IMG/VR virus record: IMGVR_UViG_3300027244_000003
Length of the DNA stretch: 64,000 nt
Source: a virus
Direction: 5' to 3' (one strand)
The notes beneath the pieces are model-generated. The model worked only from the letters and a program-made list of their open reading frames with translations. It was not told where the DNA came from and ran no database searches. Positions 49,026-58,562 of this stretch are shown here, piece by piece. Made by a program: the position numbers and the translations under genes. The stretch's first letter is position 1. The number at the start of each line of letters is the position of its first letter.

Positions 49026-51197
49026 ATGAACATCAAAGCATCTGACCTTTCCGCACGTCTTCTTGCCAATGAGAATCTTTCAGTGATTCGTGCAAGAACA
49101 CGCACTGCATCTTTTGACATCAAAGCACGTGTGTTGACTTTACCAGTCTGGAAAGATATGACTCCAGAGATTGAAGATATGCTAACTGGTCACGAAGTTG
49201 GCCATGCCTTGTATACTGGTGACGAATACTTGGTTCCAATTCAAGAAGATCGTAAAATTATGACTTACCTCAACGTACTCGAAGATGTACGTATTGAGAA
49301 AATGATCAAACGTAAGTATCCAGGACTGCGTAAACGCATGAACGAAGGATATAAACAACTCAATGATCGTGACTTCTTTGGTGTAAAACAAGTCCAGAAT
49401 TTTGATGACTTGTTACTCATCGACAAAATCAATCTATATTTCAAAGCAGGATTCCAGTGTGGAGTTACATTCACACCTGAAGAAAGGTTGTTTGTCAATC
49501 GTGCTGAACGCACAGAGACCATTGATGAAGTGGTTGAATTGGCTAAAGAAATTTATGGTTTCTCGAAAGAAGAATTACAGGAAAAAAAGAAACGTGTCCT
49601 TATTGAAGATCCAGAAGAACTTGAAGAATCTAACGAAGAGCCAGAAGGCGAATTTGATGACATCGATGACTATGAAGACAATTGGGATCAAGAAGATTCT
49701 GATGAAGATCAAGATGAAAAGAGTAGTCGTAAAACCCATGGTGGAAAATCCACTGAGTCTGACGATGAGCCATCTATCTCTGAAGAAGAACTTGAGTCTA
49801 AGACTGATCGAAATTTTGCTGATAAATTGCAAGATTTGGCTGATGACAGCACGCAATATAACTATGTTAAATTCGATGACAAATACTTCAAAGATCCTAT
49901 TGTTGGTTACAAAACCATCCTCAATGAAACCATTGACAACTGGTATACAGAAGACAAGAATGGTAATACCAAAGAAATGACTGCTGATGAACGCAATCAA
50001 TTTGCATTGGATCGTGCTAAGTATGATAAATTCAAAACAGATTCTACACGTGCAGTGAATTATCTGGTCAAAGAATTCGAGATGCGTAAGTCTGCAGCCC
50101 TGTACAAACGTGCTCAGGTCTCCAAGACTGGTTCATTGGATATGAAACGTGTCTGGTCTTACACACTTAATGATGACTTGTTCAAACGTGTCAGTGTCGT
50201 ACCACAGGGTAAAAACCATGGTATGCTTTTCTTGCTGGACTGGTCTGGTTCAATGGATGGCGTTATGGAAGATACCTTGAAACAGGTTATCAATTTGGCA
50301 ATGTTCTGTGCACGTATTCAAATTCCATATCGTGTGCTTGCTTTCACTTCTCAATACGGTGATCGTAATCCTGATAATTATGACAAACAACGTGAGTGGC
50401 ATCGTATTCACAATGAGTATTTGAATGCAAACAATATACTGGTGACGAATAATAATTTCTCGTTATTAGAATTGTTTTCGAACAAGATGACTACCAGCGA
50501 ATTCCATACGATGGCTCGTCGTGTAACTAACTACAAATTCTTTTGGAATGATGGTTACAGTATGGGTGGAACACCATTGAACGAAGCATTGGTATGGGTT
50601 TACAATAATCTTGGAACTTATACTAAACAAAATGCTATCGAGAAGATGACACTCATTACCTTAACTGATGGTGAAGGTAGTGCATTGTATACTGTCAATA
50701 GTAGTATGCAAGAGCATGAGAATGTGTATTCCACTAGTGGTTACAAAAGGATCAAACACAAATACTTTATTCGTGATGATAAAACACAGAAAACTTATCA
50801 GCTGAATAAAAATTCTAATGAACAAACATCTACGATTATTCAGATGATCAAAGATCGTCACAACTGCGTGGTTGTTGGATTTTATATCTGCCGTAATGCT
50901 CGTCGTGATTTATGTTCTGCGATTCGTTCAAACTTACCAGTCTTTTCAGGTAATGAATACAATATCATTGATACTTGGAGAAAAGAGTTTCGTGATCAAG
51001 GATTCGCTTCAATCAAAGGCACTGGTCGTGATGACTTGTTCTTAGTCCCACAGTCTTCTACGAAGATTGTTGAGGGTGAGTTGGAAGTGAAAGAAGATGC
51101 AAACGCTAAGGCAATTGCAAAGAACTTCAGCAAATTCCTCAATGTAAAACAGACTAGCCGAGTCCTCCTGAATCGGTTCGTGGGATACGTTGCGTAA
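49026..51197 (+). CDS. Metallopeptidase-like + VWA domain protein (CobT-like partner of MoxR AAA)
   Basis: HEVGH zincin motif, acidic linker, DWSGSM MIDAS motif, GGTPL, LTDGEG. Confidence 0.8.
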   Translation: MNIKASDLSARLLANENLSVIRARTRTASFDIKARVLTLPVWKDMTPEIEDMLTGHEVGHALYTGDEYLVPIQEDRKIMTYLNVLEDVRIEKMIKRKYPGLRKRMNEGYKQLNDRDFFGVKQVQNFDDLLLIDKINLYFKAGFQCGVTFTPEERLFVNRAERTETIDEVVELAKEIYGFSKEELQEKKKRVLIEDPEELEESNEEPEGEFDDIDDYEDNWDQEDSDEDQDEKSSRKTHGGKSTESDDEPSISEEELESKTDRNFADKLQDLADDSTQYNYVKFDDKYFKDPIVGYKTILNETIDNWYTEDKNGNTKEMTADERNQFALDRAKYDKFKTDSTRAVNYLVKEFEMRKSAALYKRAQVSKTGSLDMKRVWSYTLNDDLFKRVSVVPQGKNHGMLFLLDWSGSMDGVMEDTLKQVINLAMFCARIQIPYRVLAFTSQYGDRNPDNYDKQREWHRIHNEYLNANNILVTNNNFSLLELFSNKMTTSEFHTMARRVTNYKFFWNDGYSMGGTPLNEALVWVYNNLGTYTKQNAIEKMTLITLTDGEGSALYTVNSSMQEHENVYSTSGYKRIKHKYFIRDDKTQKTYQLNKNSNEQTSTIIQMIKDRHNCVVVGFYICRNARRDLCSAIRSNLPVFSGNEYNIIDTWRKEFRDQGFASIKGTGRDDLFLVPQSSTKIVEGELEVKEDANAKAIAKNFSKFLNVKQTSRVLLNRFVGYVA

Positions 51198-51287
51198 GTT
51201 GTTGATTTTACAGGTGAAAATAATCCCATACAAAGTGTAGGGGAATTCCCAAAAAGGCTTGTCTTTGATTGCAGTTTAGGGAATAAT
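51194..51287 (+). promoter_or_regulatory. Early promoter module 2: IHF site + palindrome + sigma70 promoter
   Basis: GTAAGTTGTTGATTTTACAGG identical (21 bp) to 48777-48797; TCCCATAC-N5-GTAGGGGA; TTGTCT-17-AATAAT. Confidence 0.7.
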
Positions 51288-51321
51288 ACAGTTATTGATT
51301 GGTTGTTATATTATGGAGAAA

Positions 51322-52485
51322 ATGATGGCAAAATGTGATGTGGCTTTTCGTGCGACTTTTGAGGAAAAACTCAATGAGATGTTTCCTGACATCAAAACTA
51401 AAGGTACGGTATCCCGACCTCAGTTGATTGAGTGTATGGCTAAACTTAAGACTGACAAATATCCTTTGTGGCTCATGAAGAATAAACTTGGTCGTGGTTT
51501 GTATGCCATCGATGGTGGTGTTCCTGCAGTTGAAGGTAACACTGTTCGTAAACCTGTAGCTGTTGTAGAATCTTTCACTGTGGACTATACGAATACTGAT
51601 TCATTGATTCCTAAGAAGGATCCGAACTTTGTACCATTCGGTAACTACAATGATCTTGAAACTATTATCAAGACTAAGATTTTCTATCCTGTGTTTGTTT
51701 CTGGTCCAACTGGGAATGGCAAGTCCACGATGGTTGAACAAATTTGTGCCAAGCACAAACGTCCTCTGATTCGTGTTAACTTAAACATGATGACTGATGA
51801 AGAACAACTCATTGGCTCCAAGACTTTGGAAAATGGTAATGTCGAGATCATCGAAGGTCCAGTCTTGATCGCCATGCGAACTGGAACTGCACTCTTGCTT
51901 GATGAGATTGATGCTGGCTCTGCAAATACTTTGCTTTGCTTGCAACCGATTCTTGAGGGTAAGCCATATTACTTCAAGTTGAAGAACGAGATGATTGTTC
52001 CAGCTGAAGGATTCAATATGTTTGCAACAGCAAACACTAAGGGTAAGGGTAGCGATGATGGTCGTTACATTGGTACTAACGTGCTCAACGAAGCATTCTT
52101 GGAACGATTCGCTGTTACGTTTGAGCAGGATTACCCAAGTGCTAAGATTGAGCAAAAGATTGTTGAGAATCTGATGGACTTCTACGGATGCAAAGATGTA
52201 GAATTCGCAGAGACATTGGTTAAATGGGCAGACGCAATTCGTCGCACCTTTGCCGATGGTGGCGTGGATGAAAATATTACGACTCGTCGTATGATCCACA
52301 TTGTGCGTGCGTTTGCAATCTTCAAGAGTCGTACGAAAGCAGTAGAACTTTGCTGCAATCGTTTCGACTCCGCAACGAAGACTGCATTCATGGACTTGTT
52401 TGAGAAGGTTGCAAACCCTGCTCCTGAGGTAGTACCTACACCAGAAGTTGCTGCAATCGATCCTACCGATGAGGTTCCATTTTAA
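51322..52485 (+). CDS. CobS/MoxR-like AAA+ ATPase
   Basis: GPTGNGKS, LLDEID, ATANTKG, NEAFLERF and TRR motifs; GGAGA RBS before ATG 51322/51325. Confidence 0.88.
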   Translation: MMAKCDVAFRATFEEKLNEMFPDIKTKGTVSRPQLIECMAKLKTDKYPLWLMKNKLGRGLYAIDGGVPAVEGNTVRKPVAVVESFTVDYTNTDSLIPKKDPNFVPFGNYNDLETIIKTKIFYPVFVSGPTGNGKSTMVEQICAKHKRPLIRVNLNMMTDEEQLIGSKTLENGNVEIIEGPVLIAMRTGTALLLDEIDAGSANTLLCLQPILEGKPYYFKLKNEMIVPAEGFNMFATANTKGKGSDDGRYIGTNVLNEAFLERFAVTFEQDYPSAKIEQKIVENLMDFYGCKDVEFAETLVKWADAIRRTFADGGVDENITTRRMIHIVRAFAIFKSRTKAVELCCNRFDSATKTAFMDLFEKVANPAPEVVPTPEVAAIDPTDEVPF

Positions 52486-52487
52486 AC

Positions 52488-52516
52488 TTGTCTTACATTG
52501 AAACTTGTTGTATAAT
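52488..52516 (+). promoter_or_regulatory. sigma70-like promoter
   Basis: TTGTCT-17 bp-TATAAT. Confidence 0.8.
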
Positions 52517-52548
52517 TCTGTCTTGAACTTTGAAAAAGGAAATTTGTT

Positions 52549-53031
52549 ATGTTGAAATTCGCTAATTTGTCTATGTCCCAGAAGAAATTTGTTGTGTCTG
52601 TTATTGAGAGCAATCCTCAATACAAGAAAGACCCACAGATTACTTTGAAGGAATGTGCTTCCATCTATTACACCTTGCGTGATCAACGGACTGGTGTTAA
52701 GGGTGAGAAGATTGGTTATCCTAACTGGTTGTTCAATAAGAACAAGGTTGAGCGTGGTGTATACCAACTTCCTGTTCCTACTGCTGTTGAGTTGTCGCAA
52801 TTTGCGAAAGACTCTGCTGTGAAACCAGCTAAGGCTAAACCTGTTAAGGTTGCTAAGGTTAAAGTTGTGAAAGCACCTGCTAAGAAAGCAGTTGCAGTCA
52901 AGACACCTGTTGCTAAGGAAGACAACATGGAGATCTCTCGTCTGCAGAAGATCATTGATGACTCAGTTGAAGTTGATTCTGATACTGAAGACTTCAATGC
53001 GATCCTGCGTGAGAATGGTATCCAAGTTTAA
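52549..53031 (+). CDS. Hypothetical protein with Lys/Ala/Pro/Val-rich linker
   Basis: AAGGA RBS; KPAKAKPVKVAKVKVVKAPAKKAVAVK segment. Confidence 0.7.
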   Translation: MLKFANLSMSQKKFVVSVIESNPQYKKDPQITLKECASIYYTLRDQRTGVKGEKIGYPNWLFNKNKVERGVYQLPVPTAVELSQFAKDSAVKPAKAKPVKVAKVKVVKAPAKKAVAVKTPVAKEDNMEISRLQKIIDDSVEVDSDTEDFNAILRENGIQV

Positions 53032-53039
53032 TTTTCCGA

Positions 53040-53079
53040 GAAGGTTGGGGTAATTGCCATCGCCCCACCTTCTTTTTTT
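53040..53079 (+). terminator. Intrinsic terminator
   Basis: GAAGGT(T)GGGG...CCCCACCTTC followed by T7. Confidence 0.7.
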
Positions 53080-53115
53080 AATTTTAATGATGGTTTAATT
53101 ATGGAGATATTATCT

Positions 53116-53382
53116 ATGTCGAAGCAAGAAAAATTGTTGGAGAATCTAAAGGCTGGAAAAGAATTTACTGCTAAGCAGATCAAAGGTTCTTTCCAGATCG
53201 CACATCCAGCATCTGCAATTCGCAATTTACGTGAGCAAGGTTATGCTGTTTACAGCAACAGTGCAAAATTGCATGATGGTACATTGACTACCAAGTATCG
53301 TCTTGGTCAGCCAAGCAAGCGTATGGTTCGCATTGCTAATGCTGTTATGGGTGCATCTGTGTTTAGCGCACGACGTGCTTAA
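53116..53382 (+). CDS. Small winged-helix DNA-binding protein
   Basis: LLENLKAGKEFTAKQI...PASAIRNLREQGY...KYRLG; GGAGA RBS favours ATG 53116. Confidence 0.65.
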   Translation: MSKQEKLLENLKAGKEFTAKQIKGSFQIAHPASAIRNLREQGYAVYSNSAKLHDGTLTTKYRLGQPSKRMVRIANAVMGASVFSARRA

Positions 53383-53389
53383 TTGACGT

Positions 53390-53429
53390 ATGAGTCAGGA
53401 TATTCTTCGGAGTATCTTGACTCATTTTA
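53390..53429 (+). terminator. 16-bp hairpin with UUCG loop (terminator or processing site)
   Basis: ATGAGTCAGGATATTC-TTCG-GAGTATCTTGACTCAT, then TTT. Confidence 0.7.
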
Positions 53430-53446
53430 TATTATGGAGACATGCG

Positions 53447-53815
53447 ATGCCAATTGGTGATGTTAAAGGTGATGGATTCATTTCCAAAGAAGACATTAAA
53501 AAGTCCCAGACTGCCACGACAGGTGGGCGAAAATTTGATGGTGGTAAACTTCAATATGGTTTACTACCACCACTCGCATTAAAAGCGACTGTAGAAATCC
53601 TAACATTTGGTGCAGAGAAATATGAGCCAGATAATTGGAAAGTAGTTCCTGACTCAAAACGTAGATACTTTGACGCAATGCAAAGACATCTTTGGGCATG
53701 GAAAGAGGGAGAACAAGATGATCCCGAAACTGGAAAGAATCACTTGGCACATGCAATGTGTTGTCTAATGTTTCTTTATGAACACGATGTGAAGTATTCT
53801 AAGGAAATTAAATGA
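53447..53815 (+). CDS. dATP/dGTP diphosphohydrolase-like protein (DUF5664)
   Basis: GRKFDGGK, FGAEKY..DNW, AMQRH and DPETGKNHLAHA motifs; start 53447 lies after the hairpin with a GGAGA RBS. Confidence 0.8.
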   Translation: MPIGDVKGDGFISKEDIKKSQTATTGGRKFDGGKLQYGLLPPLALKATVEILTFGAEKYEPDNWKVVPDSKRRYFDAMQRHLWAWKEGEQDDPETGKNHLAHAMCCLMFLYEHDVKYSKEIK

Positions 53816-54165
53816 CTCTTGAACAGATCTTAGTAGCAACTGCAGTTTGGATGGTTCTTGTAGCCATTGTGTTTACTCACTCTAACTGGGGTAAGATTCG
53901 TGCTTGTTTTGGTATGTGGCTTACTCGAGAGTACTGGACTAACTACAACACGGTAGAGTTTGCCAGTTGGGCAGCAAAGGCAGTTATCATCATCCCTGGA
54001 CTTATCTTTGGTATCCAGCTTTGGTGGTTGTACTTCTTCACTCTTGCAACCTCGCTGTCTCTCATCTGGGCAAGCAATAAGAAGTTGCTCCCAACTCTTA
54101 TTGGATTCAACATCGTGTGGACTTGGATCAGTTGCATGGTTTTGGCTCAACATTTAATCAAATAA
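53812..54165 (+). CDS. Small integral membrane protein
   Basis: Several hydrophobic, Trp-rich segments; ATGA-type coupling with AAGGA RBS. Confidence 0.65.
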   Translation: MTLEQILVATAVWMVLVAIVFTHSNWGKIRACFGMWLTREYWTNYNTVEFASWAAKAVIIIPGLIFGIQLWWLYFFTLATSLSLIWASNKKLLPTLIGFNIVWTWISCMVLAQHLIK

Positions 54166-54167
54166 AT

Positions 54168-54196
54168 TTGATTATTTTTGATTTTGAATGTATAAT
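54168..54196 (+). promoter_or_regulatory. sigma70-like promoter of gp45
   Basis: TTGATT-17 bp-TATAAT, same -35 as the uvsY promoter. Confidence 0.7.
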
Positions 54197-54229
54197 TTTT
54201 ATACATAGTTATTATTAATTGGAGAAAAT

Positions 54230-54895
54230 ATGAAATTATCTAAAGACACAATCGAACTGATCAAGAACTTTGCTACAATCAACAGCAATCTTCTATTGAA
54301 AGAGGGATCAAAACTCTCTACAATCTCAGCCCAGAAAAACGTGATGGCTGATGTTGATGTCACAGAAACATTCCCATCATTTGGCATCTATGATCTAAAT
54401 GAATTCTTAGCTGCAATGTCTTTGTTCGATGACCCAGAGTTGACATTCAGTCCAGACAATAAGTCTGTAGTTTTCTCACAGGGTGGTATTGGTAGTTATA
54501 AATTCTTTGCAGCTGATGCAAGTGTTCTAACTGCACCAACAAAGGAAATTACTTTCCCTGCTCATGAGATTGAGTTTGATATGTCAGCTGCATTGCTGAA
54601 TCTTATTCACAAGTCTGGCTCTGTTTCTCGTTCAGCAGACGTATCTGTTATTGGCGATGGATCAAAGATGACTGTTTATGTTGGTGACAAAAAGAATGCG
54701 ACTGCAAATGCATTCAGTAATGTTGTTGGAACAACTGACAAAACCTTTAAGGTAAACTTAAAGGTTGAGAATCTGAAGATGCTTCCAGGAGATTACAAAG
54801 TTAGTATTTCCAGCAAAAAGATTTCTCGTTTCAAGAGCAATCGTAGTTTAGTTTATTATGTAGCAGTTGAGGCAGATTCTACCTTCGAAGTCTAA
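54230..54895 (+). CDS. gp45: Sliding clamp gp45
   Basis: MKLSKDT..LIKNFATIN, FGIYDLNEFL, NLKMLPGDY and YYVAVE motifs. Confidence 0.93.
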   Translation: MKLSKDTIELIKNFATINSNLLLKEGSKLSTISAQKNVMADVDVTETFPSFGIYDLNEFLAAMSLFDDPELTFSPDNKSVVFSQGGIGSYKFFAADASVLTAPTKEITFPAHEIEFDMSAALLNLIHKSGSVSRSADVSVIGDGSKMTVYVGDKKNATANAFSNVVGTTDKTFKVNLKVENLKMLPGDYKVSISSKKISRFKSNRSLVYYVAVEADSTFEV

Positions 54896-54905
54896 TAGAT
54901 AGATT

Positions 54906-56381
54906 ATGAAGAAAATAATTGTACTAGGCGCAGGAACAGCAGGGTTAATCACTGCTCTCATTCTTAAATCTACCTTTCCGAAGTATCAAATCTCAGTTAT
55001 TGAGTCTGGTGCGATTGGTATTATTGGAGTTGGTGAAGGTTCAACAGAACACTGGAAGATATTCACTGACTATTGTGGTATCAATACCAACAGATTGATT
55101 CGAGAGACAGATGGTGCTCTTAAGAAGGGTATCAAATTTGAGAATTGGAATGGTGATGGTGCATCTTATTTTCACTCATTGTCTCCTCCATTCTTTGATG
55201 AGTTTACAGACAGTGGTCAACGTCTAAATTTTACGAAGTCTATGATCCATAAAGGTATTCCAACTGAAGATATTCTATTGGATACCAACTTTGTAACACA
55301 ACAATCTGGTATTCAAAGCACTAATCAATATCATTTTAACACTATGAAGTTAAATAAATTTCTTCATGATGTGTGTAAAGAAAAGGGTATTAATTTCACA
55401 GATGCCATTATTGATCAAGTGATGTTCTCAGAAAATGGAGATGTTGCTAAGTTAATAGACAATGCTGGTATTGAATATGTTGCAGATATCTTCATTGATA
55501 GTTCTGGATTCAAGAGAGTGATTTCTTCTAAGCAGGGTGCTAAGTGGATCTCATATAAAAAATATCTGCCAATGAATCATGCATTAGCATTTCCAACAAA
55601 TGATATTTCTGATCTAAAACCCTATACACTTTCACGTGCTCTTGGCTCTGGTTGGAACTGGAGAATTTCTACTCAAGGAAGGTATGGTAATGGTTATGTA
55701 TTTTGTGATGAGTTCATTGATGCAACTAAAGCCCATGAAGAAATACAATCATTCTATACTGAAGAAGTAAAGGTAGCGAAGGATATTAAATTTGATGCTG
55801 GTCGTGTAGACAAATATTGGATTGACAACTGTATCTCTGTTGGTCTTTCTGCATCATTTGTAGAACCACTTGAAGCATCTAGTATTGGTAACTCAATCCT
55901 ACAGGCTTTTGGCATTGCAAAGTTGCTACCTCTTTGGGAACTTGACCGAAAGTACGCAGAGAAGTATAATAAAGACTTCACTAGGTGCTTTGACAATATT
56001 GTTGACTTTGTTCAGTTACATTACATGACCAAAAGAAATGATACTTTGTTCTGGAGAACTTTACCTGAGATGATGACTAAGACAGATTTTATCAAGGAAC
56101 ATTTAGAGATCTTTAAAAAGACAATACCGAATCAATCTCTTTTTATGGGCGAGTATCATATGTTCCAATCTCCAAATTGGGCTCAAGTAATGAATGGTCT
56201 TGGTTTATTGGATAAAGAATACATTAGCAATAAGTTACAAGAAGTTAGTGGAGAAGGTGCTATTAAAGATTCATACGGAAGGTATGATGCATATCTAAAT
56301 GATACAGAAAAGGGTTCTTACATCGAACACAAGACACTATTAGAACAGAATAGGATTGTTGTTAAACTTGACAGACGTTAA
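54906..56381 (+). CDS. Flavin-dependent halogenase (tryptophan halogenase/PrnA family)
   Basis: GAGTAG, GVGEGS, catalytic-Lys region ALKKGIKF, FIDSSGF, WNWRIS (WxWxI) and FVEPLEASSI motifs. Confidence 0.85.
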   Translation: MKKIIVLGAGTAGLITALILKSTFPKYQISVIESGAIGIIGVGEGSTEHWKIFTDYCGINTNRLIRETDGALKKGIKFENWNGDGASYFHSLSPPFFDEFTDSGQRLNFTKSMIHKGIPTEDILLDTNFVTQQSGIQSTNQYHFNTMKLNKFLHDVCKEKGINFTDAIIDQVMFSENGDVAKLIDNAGIEYVADIFIDSSGFKRVISSKQGAKWISYKKYLPMNHALAFPTNDISDLKPYTLSRALGSGWNWRISTQGRYGNGYVFCDEFIDATKAHEEIQSFYTEEVKVAKDIKFDAGRVDKYWIDNCISVGLSASFVEPLEASSIGNSILQAFGIAKLLPLWELDRKYAEKYNKDFTRCFDNIVDFVQLHYMTKRNDTLFWRTLPEMMTKTDFIKEHLEIFKKTIPNQSLFMGEYHMFQSPNWAQVMNGLGLLDKEYISNKLQEVSGEGAIKDSYGRYDAYLNDTEKGSYIEHKTLLEQNRIVVKLDRR

Positions 56382-56396
56382 TTGAAGGAATATATT

Positions 56397-56723
56397 ATGA
56401 AACATGAAGGAACTGCTTTGACATCTACTCTTAACAATGAGTGGATGTTTAAAAAACTTTGGGTAGAAGATTTAGTTAGTGATGATGAACCAGATGCAAA
56501 AACTATCTGGAGATATGTATTACGAAGTAACTGTTATGTTAAATCTGAAAGGCAAGATATTGCCCCACATAATTTAAAGGATAGTGATTTTCGTAAAGTT
56601 TCTACAAGACTTTATATTCAAAAAGAAAGGAATAGCAAACTACATGGGCATTTCATTTCAAATTTTGAATGGAATGATCTTGTGACTAGATCAAATCTCC
56701 ACAACTTTACAGTAGAACTTTAA
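56397..56723 (+). CDS. Hypothetical protein
   Basis: AAGGA RBS before ATG 56397. Confidence 0.5.
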   Translation: MKHEGTALTSTLNNEWMFKKLWVEDLVSDDEPDAKTIWRYVLRSNCYVKSERQDIAPHNLKDSDFRKVSTRLYIQKERNSKLHGHFISNFEWNDLVTRSNLHNFTVEL

Positions 56724-56724
56724 T

Positions 56725-57678
56725 ATGATTGAATCCCGTGATAACCAATTTCTTTGGGTAGAAAAGTATCGCCCACAGACTATTGATGAGTGTGTACTTC
56801 CCGAAGCACTAAAGAATACTTTTAAAGAGTATATCGCTAAAGGCGAACTACCAACATTTATGTTTACTGGAACAGCAGGTGTCGGTAAGACTACTGTTGC
56901 TAAAGCACTATGTAATGAAGTTGGTGCAGAGTATCTTATGATCAATGGATCAGATGAAGGTCGTTTGCTGGAGACTCTCCGAGTTGCCATCACTGGCTTT
57001 GCTTCTACTGTTTCATTAACTGATGCCAAGAAGGTCGTCATTATCGATGAAGCAGACTACATGAAAGCAGATACAGTTCAACCAGCACTGCGTTCATTCA
57101 TTGAAGAATTTAGTAACAACTGTCGCTTCATCTTTACATGTAACTATAAAAATCGTATCATTGAACCACTCCACAGTCGTTGTTCAGTTATCGATTTTAA
57201 GATCGAACCAAAAGACAAACAGTTACTTGCAGGAACTTTCTTCAAACGTGCAACACAGATTCTTAAACAAGAGAATGTTGAGTTTGATCCTAAGGTAGTT
57301 GCAGAACTTGTCACGAAACATTTCCCAGATTATCGTAGGGTTCTAAACGAACTTCAGCGTTACAGTGTTTCAGGTAAGATCGACTCTGGTATTCTAGTCA
57401 ATACCAGTCAAGAATCCTATAAAGATCTAATCAAATTCCTCAAAGAAAAAGACTTCACTAATGCTAGAAAGTGGGTTGGAAAGAACTCGGATTCTGATAC
57501 AGTTGGATTGTTTAGAGAACTTTATGATAACTCAGTGAGTTTCCTAATGCCAGATAGCATCCCTGCGCTTGTATTGATCTTGGCTAAATATCAATATCAA
57601 GGAGCATTCGTTGCTGACCATGAACTAAATATAATGGCAGCACTCACAGAAATTATGGTCGAGTGCAAATTCAAGTAA
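56725..57678 (+). CDS. gp44: Clamp loader large subunit gp44
   Basis: LWVEKYRP, GTAGVGKT, IIDEAD, SRC and FPDYR motifs. Confidence 0.95.
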   Translation: MIESRDNQFLWVEKYRPQTIDECVLPEALKNTFKEYIAKGELPTFMFTGTAGVGKTTVAKALCNEVGAEYLMINGSDEGRLLETLRVAITGFASTVSLTDAKKVVIIDEADYMKADTVQPALRSFIEEFSNNCRFIFTCNYKNRIIEPLHSRCSVIDFKIEPKDKQLLAGTFFKRATQILKQENVEFDPKVVAELVTKHFPDYRRVLNELQRYSVSGKIDSGILVNTSQESYKDLIKFLKEKDFTNARKWVGKNSDSDTVGLFRELYDNSVSFLMPDSIPALVLILAKYQYQGAFVADHELNIMAALTEIMVECKFK

Positions 57679-57686
57679 GGGAATAT

Positions 57687-58019
57687 ATGGACTTATTACT
57701 ACATTTGTTTTACATGGCTGTAGTTTTTGCTATTGGATTTATCTGGGGCTGGAGAGAACGTGAGAACTTTGCATCTAAAAAAGTAGATGCACTATTAATG
57801 CACATTGACAGTAGTGTGCACGAACGAATAGAAGAATCCAGAATAGATATAAAGATAGAAAAACATAAAGATGTTTACTATGCCTATGATAAAGACAACA
57901 ACACCTTTATGGCTCAGGGGAGCACTAAAAAAGAATTAGAGGAAGTACTTGCATCTAAGTATTCCAATAAAAGATTCTTTGCTGATAGAGATAATTTGAA
58001 GGAAGTTGGATTACAATGA
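57687..58019 (+). CDS. Hypothetical protein with N-terminal TM helix
   Basis: MDLLLHLFYMAVVFAIGFIWGW; AAGG RBS. Confidence 0.6.
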   Translation: MDLLLHLFYMAVVFAIGFIWGWRERENFASKKVDALLMHIDSSVHERIEESRIDIKIEKHKDVYYAYDKDNNTFMAQGSTKKELEEVLASKYSNKRFFADRDNLKEVGLQ

Positions 58020-58195
58020 CTGAACTATATCAAAAAGATGGAAGGTCTGCATCTATAGAAAAACAGATGACTAATGACTACATGGTAACATTTAATAATG
58101 AACTCGGTGGAAACCAGATGGAAACCTTCCATACTGAAAAGCAAGCCATTGATGCAGCGCAACGATGGATAATTAAAGATTATGAGCCCATTTGA
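58016..58195 (+). CDS. Small hypothetical protein (59 aa, not in ORF track)
   Basis: ATGA overlap; MTELYQKDG...AAQRWII; fills the gap before gp62. Confidence 0.55.
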   Translation: MTELYQKDGRSASIEKQMTNDYMVTFNNELGGNQMETFHTEKQAIDAAQRWIIKDYEPI

Positions 58196-58562
58196 TTTCT
58201 TAAATGCAATAAATGATACAAAGAAAAACTTATTTGAAGACCCACAGGCTGCAAAGGATTATAAACCATTCATTGTAAATAGAGGACTTTCGTATTTCCA
58301 CGATACTGTTCTTTACGCTAACGAGATGAACAAACATCCCGAACTAGATAAAGACCAGCAATTTTCTTTTTTCCTAAATATTATTTCAAGGAAGAAGCGT
58401 TTCAGTAAGTGGTCTAAAAAAGATGCAACTACTGACTCCATCGAACTTGTTAAAGAGTATTTTGGGTATTCGAGCGAGAAGGCTAAAGATGCATTGAGCC
58501 TTCTTAGTGAAGAACACTTGATTATGATAAAAGAAAAATTATACAAAGGTGGAAAATCATGA
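58182..58562 (+). CDS. gp62: Clamp loader small subunit gp62
   Basis: PFDFLNAIN, YKPFIVNRGLS, ANEMN and KEYFGYS motifs. Confidence 0.9.
   Translation: MSPFDFLNAINDTKKNLFEDPQAAKDYKPFIVNRGLSYFHDTVLYANEMNKHPELDKDQQFSFFLNIISRKKRFSKWSKKDATTDSIELVKEYFGYSSEKAKDALSLLSEEHLIMIKEKLYKGGKS

Noticed and set aside
51322-52485. cobS as a cobalamin-synthesis AMG
   Set aside because: No other cob genes are present; the MoxR AAA + VWA pair is a general T4-like module
51781-52800. 339-aa minus-strand ORF and the many other minus-strand ORFs
   Set aside because: They are antisense shadows of well-supported plus-strand genes, lack RBSs or motifs, and arise from codon bias
53390-53446. ORF-track N-terminal extension of the DUF5664 gene
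   Set aside because: It coincides with a 16-bp UUCG hairpin; the GGAGA RBS supports ATG 53447
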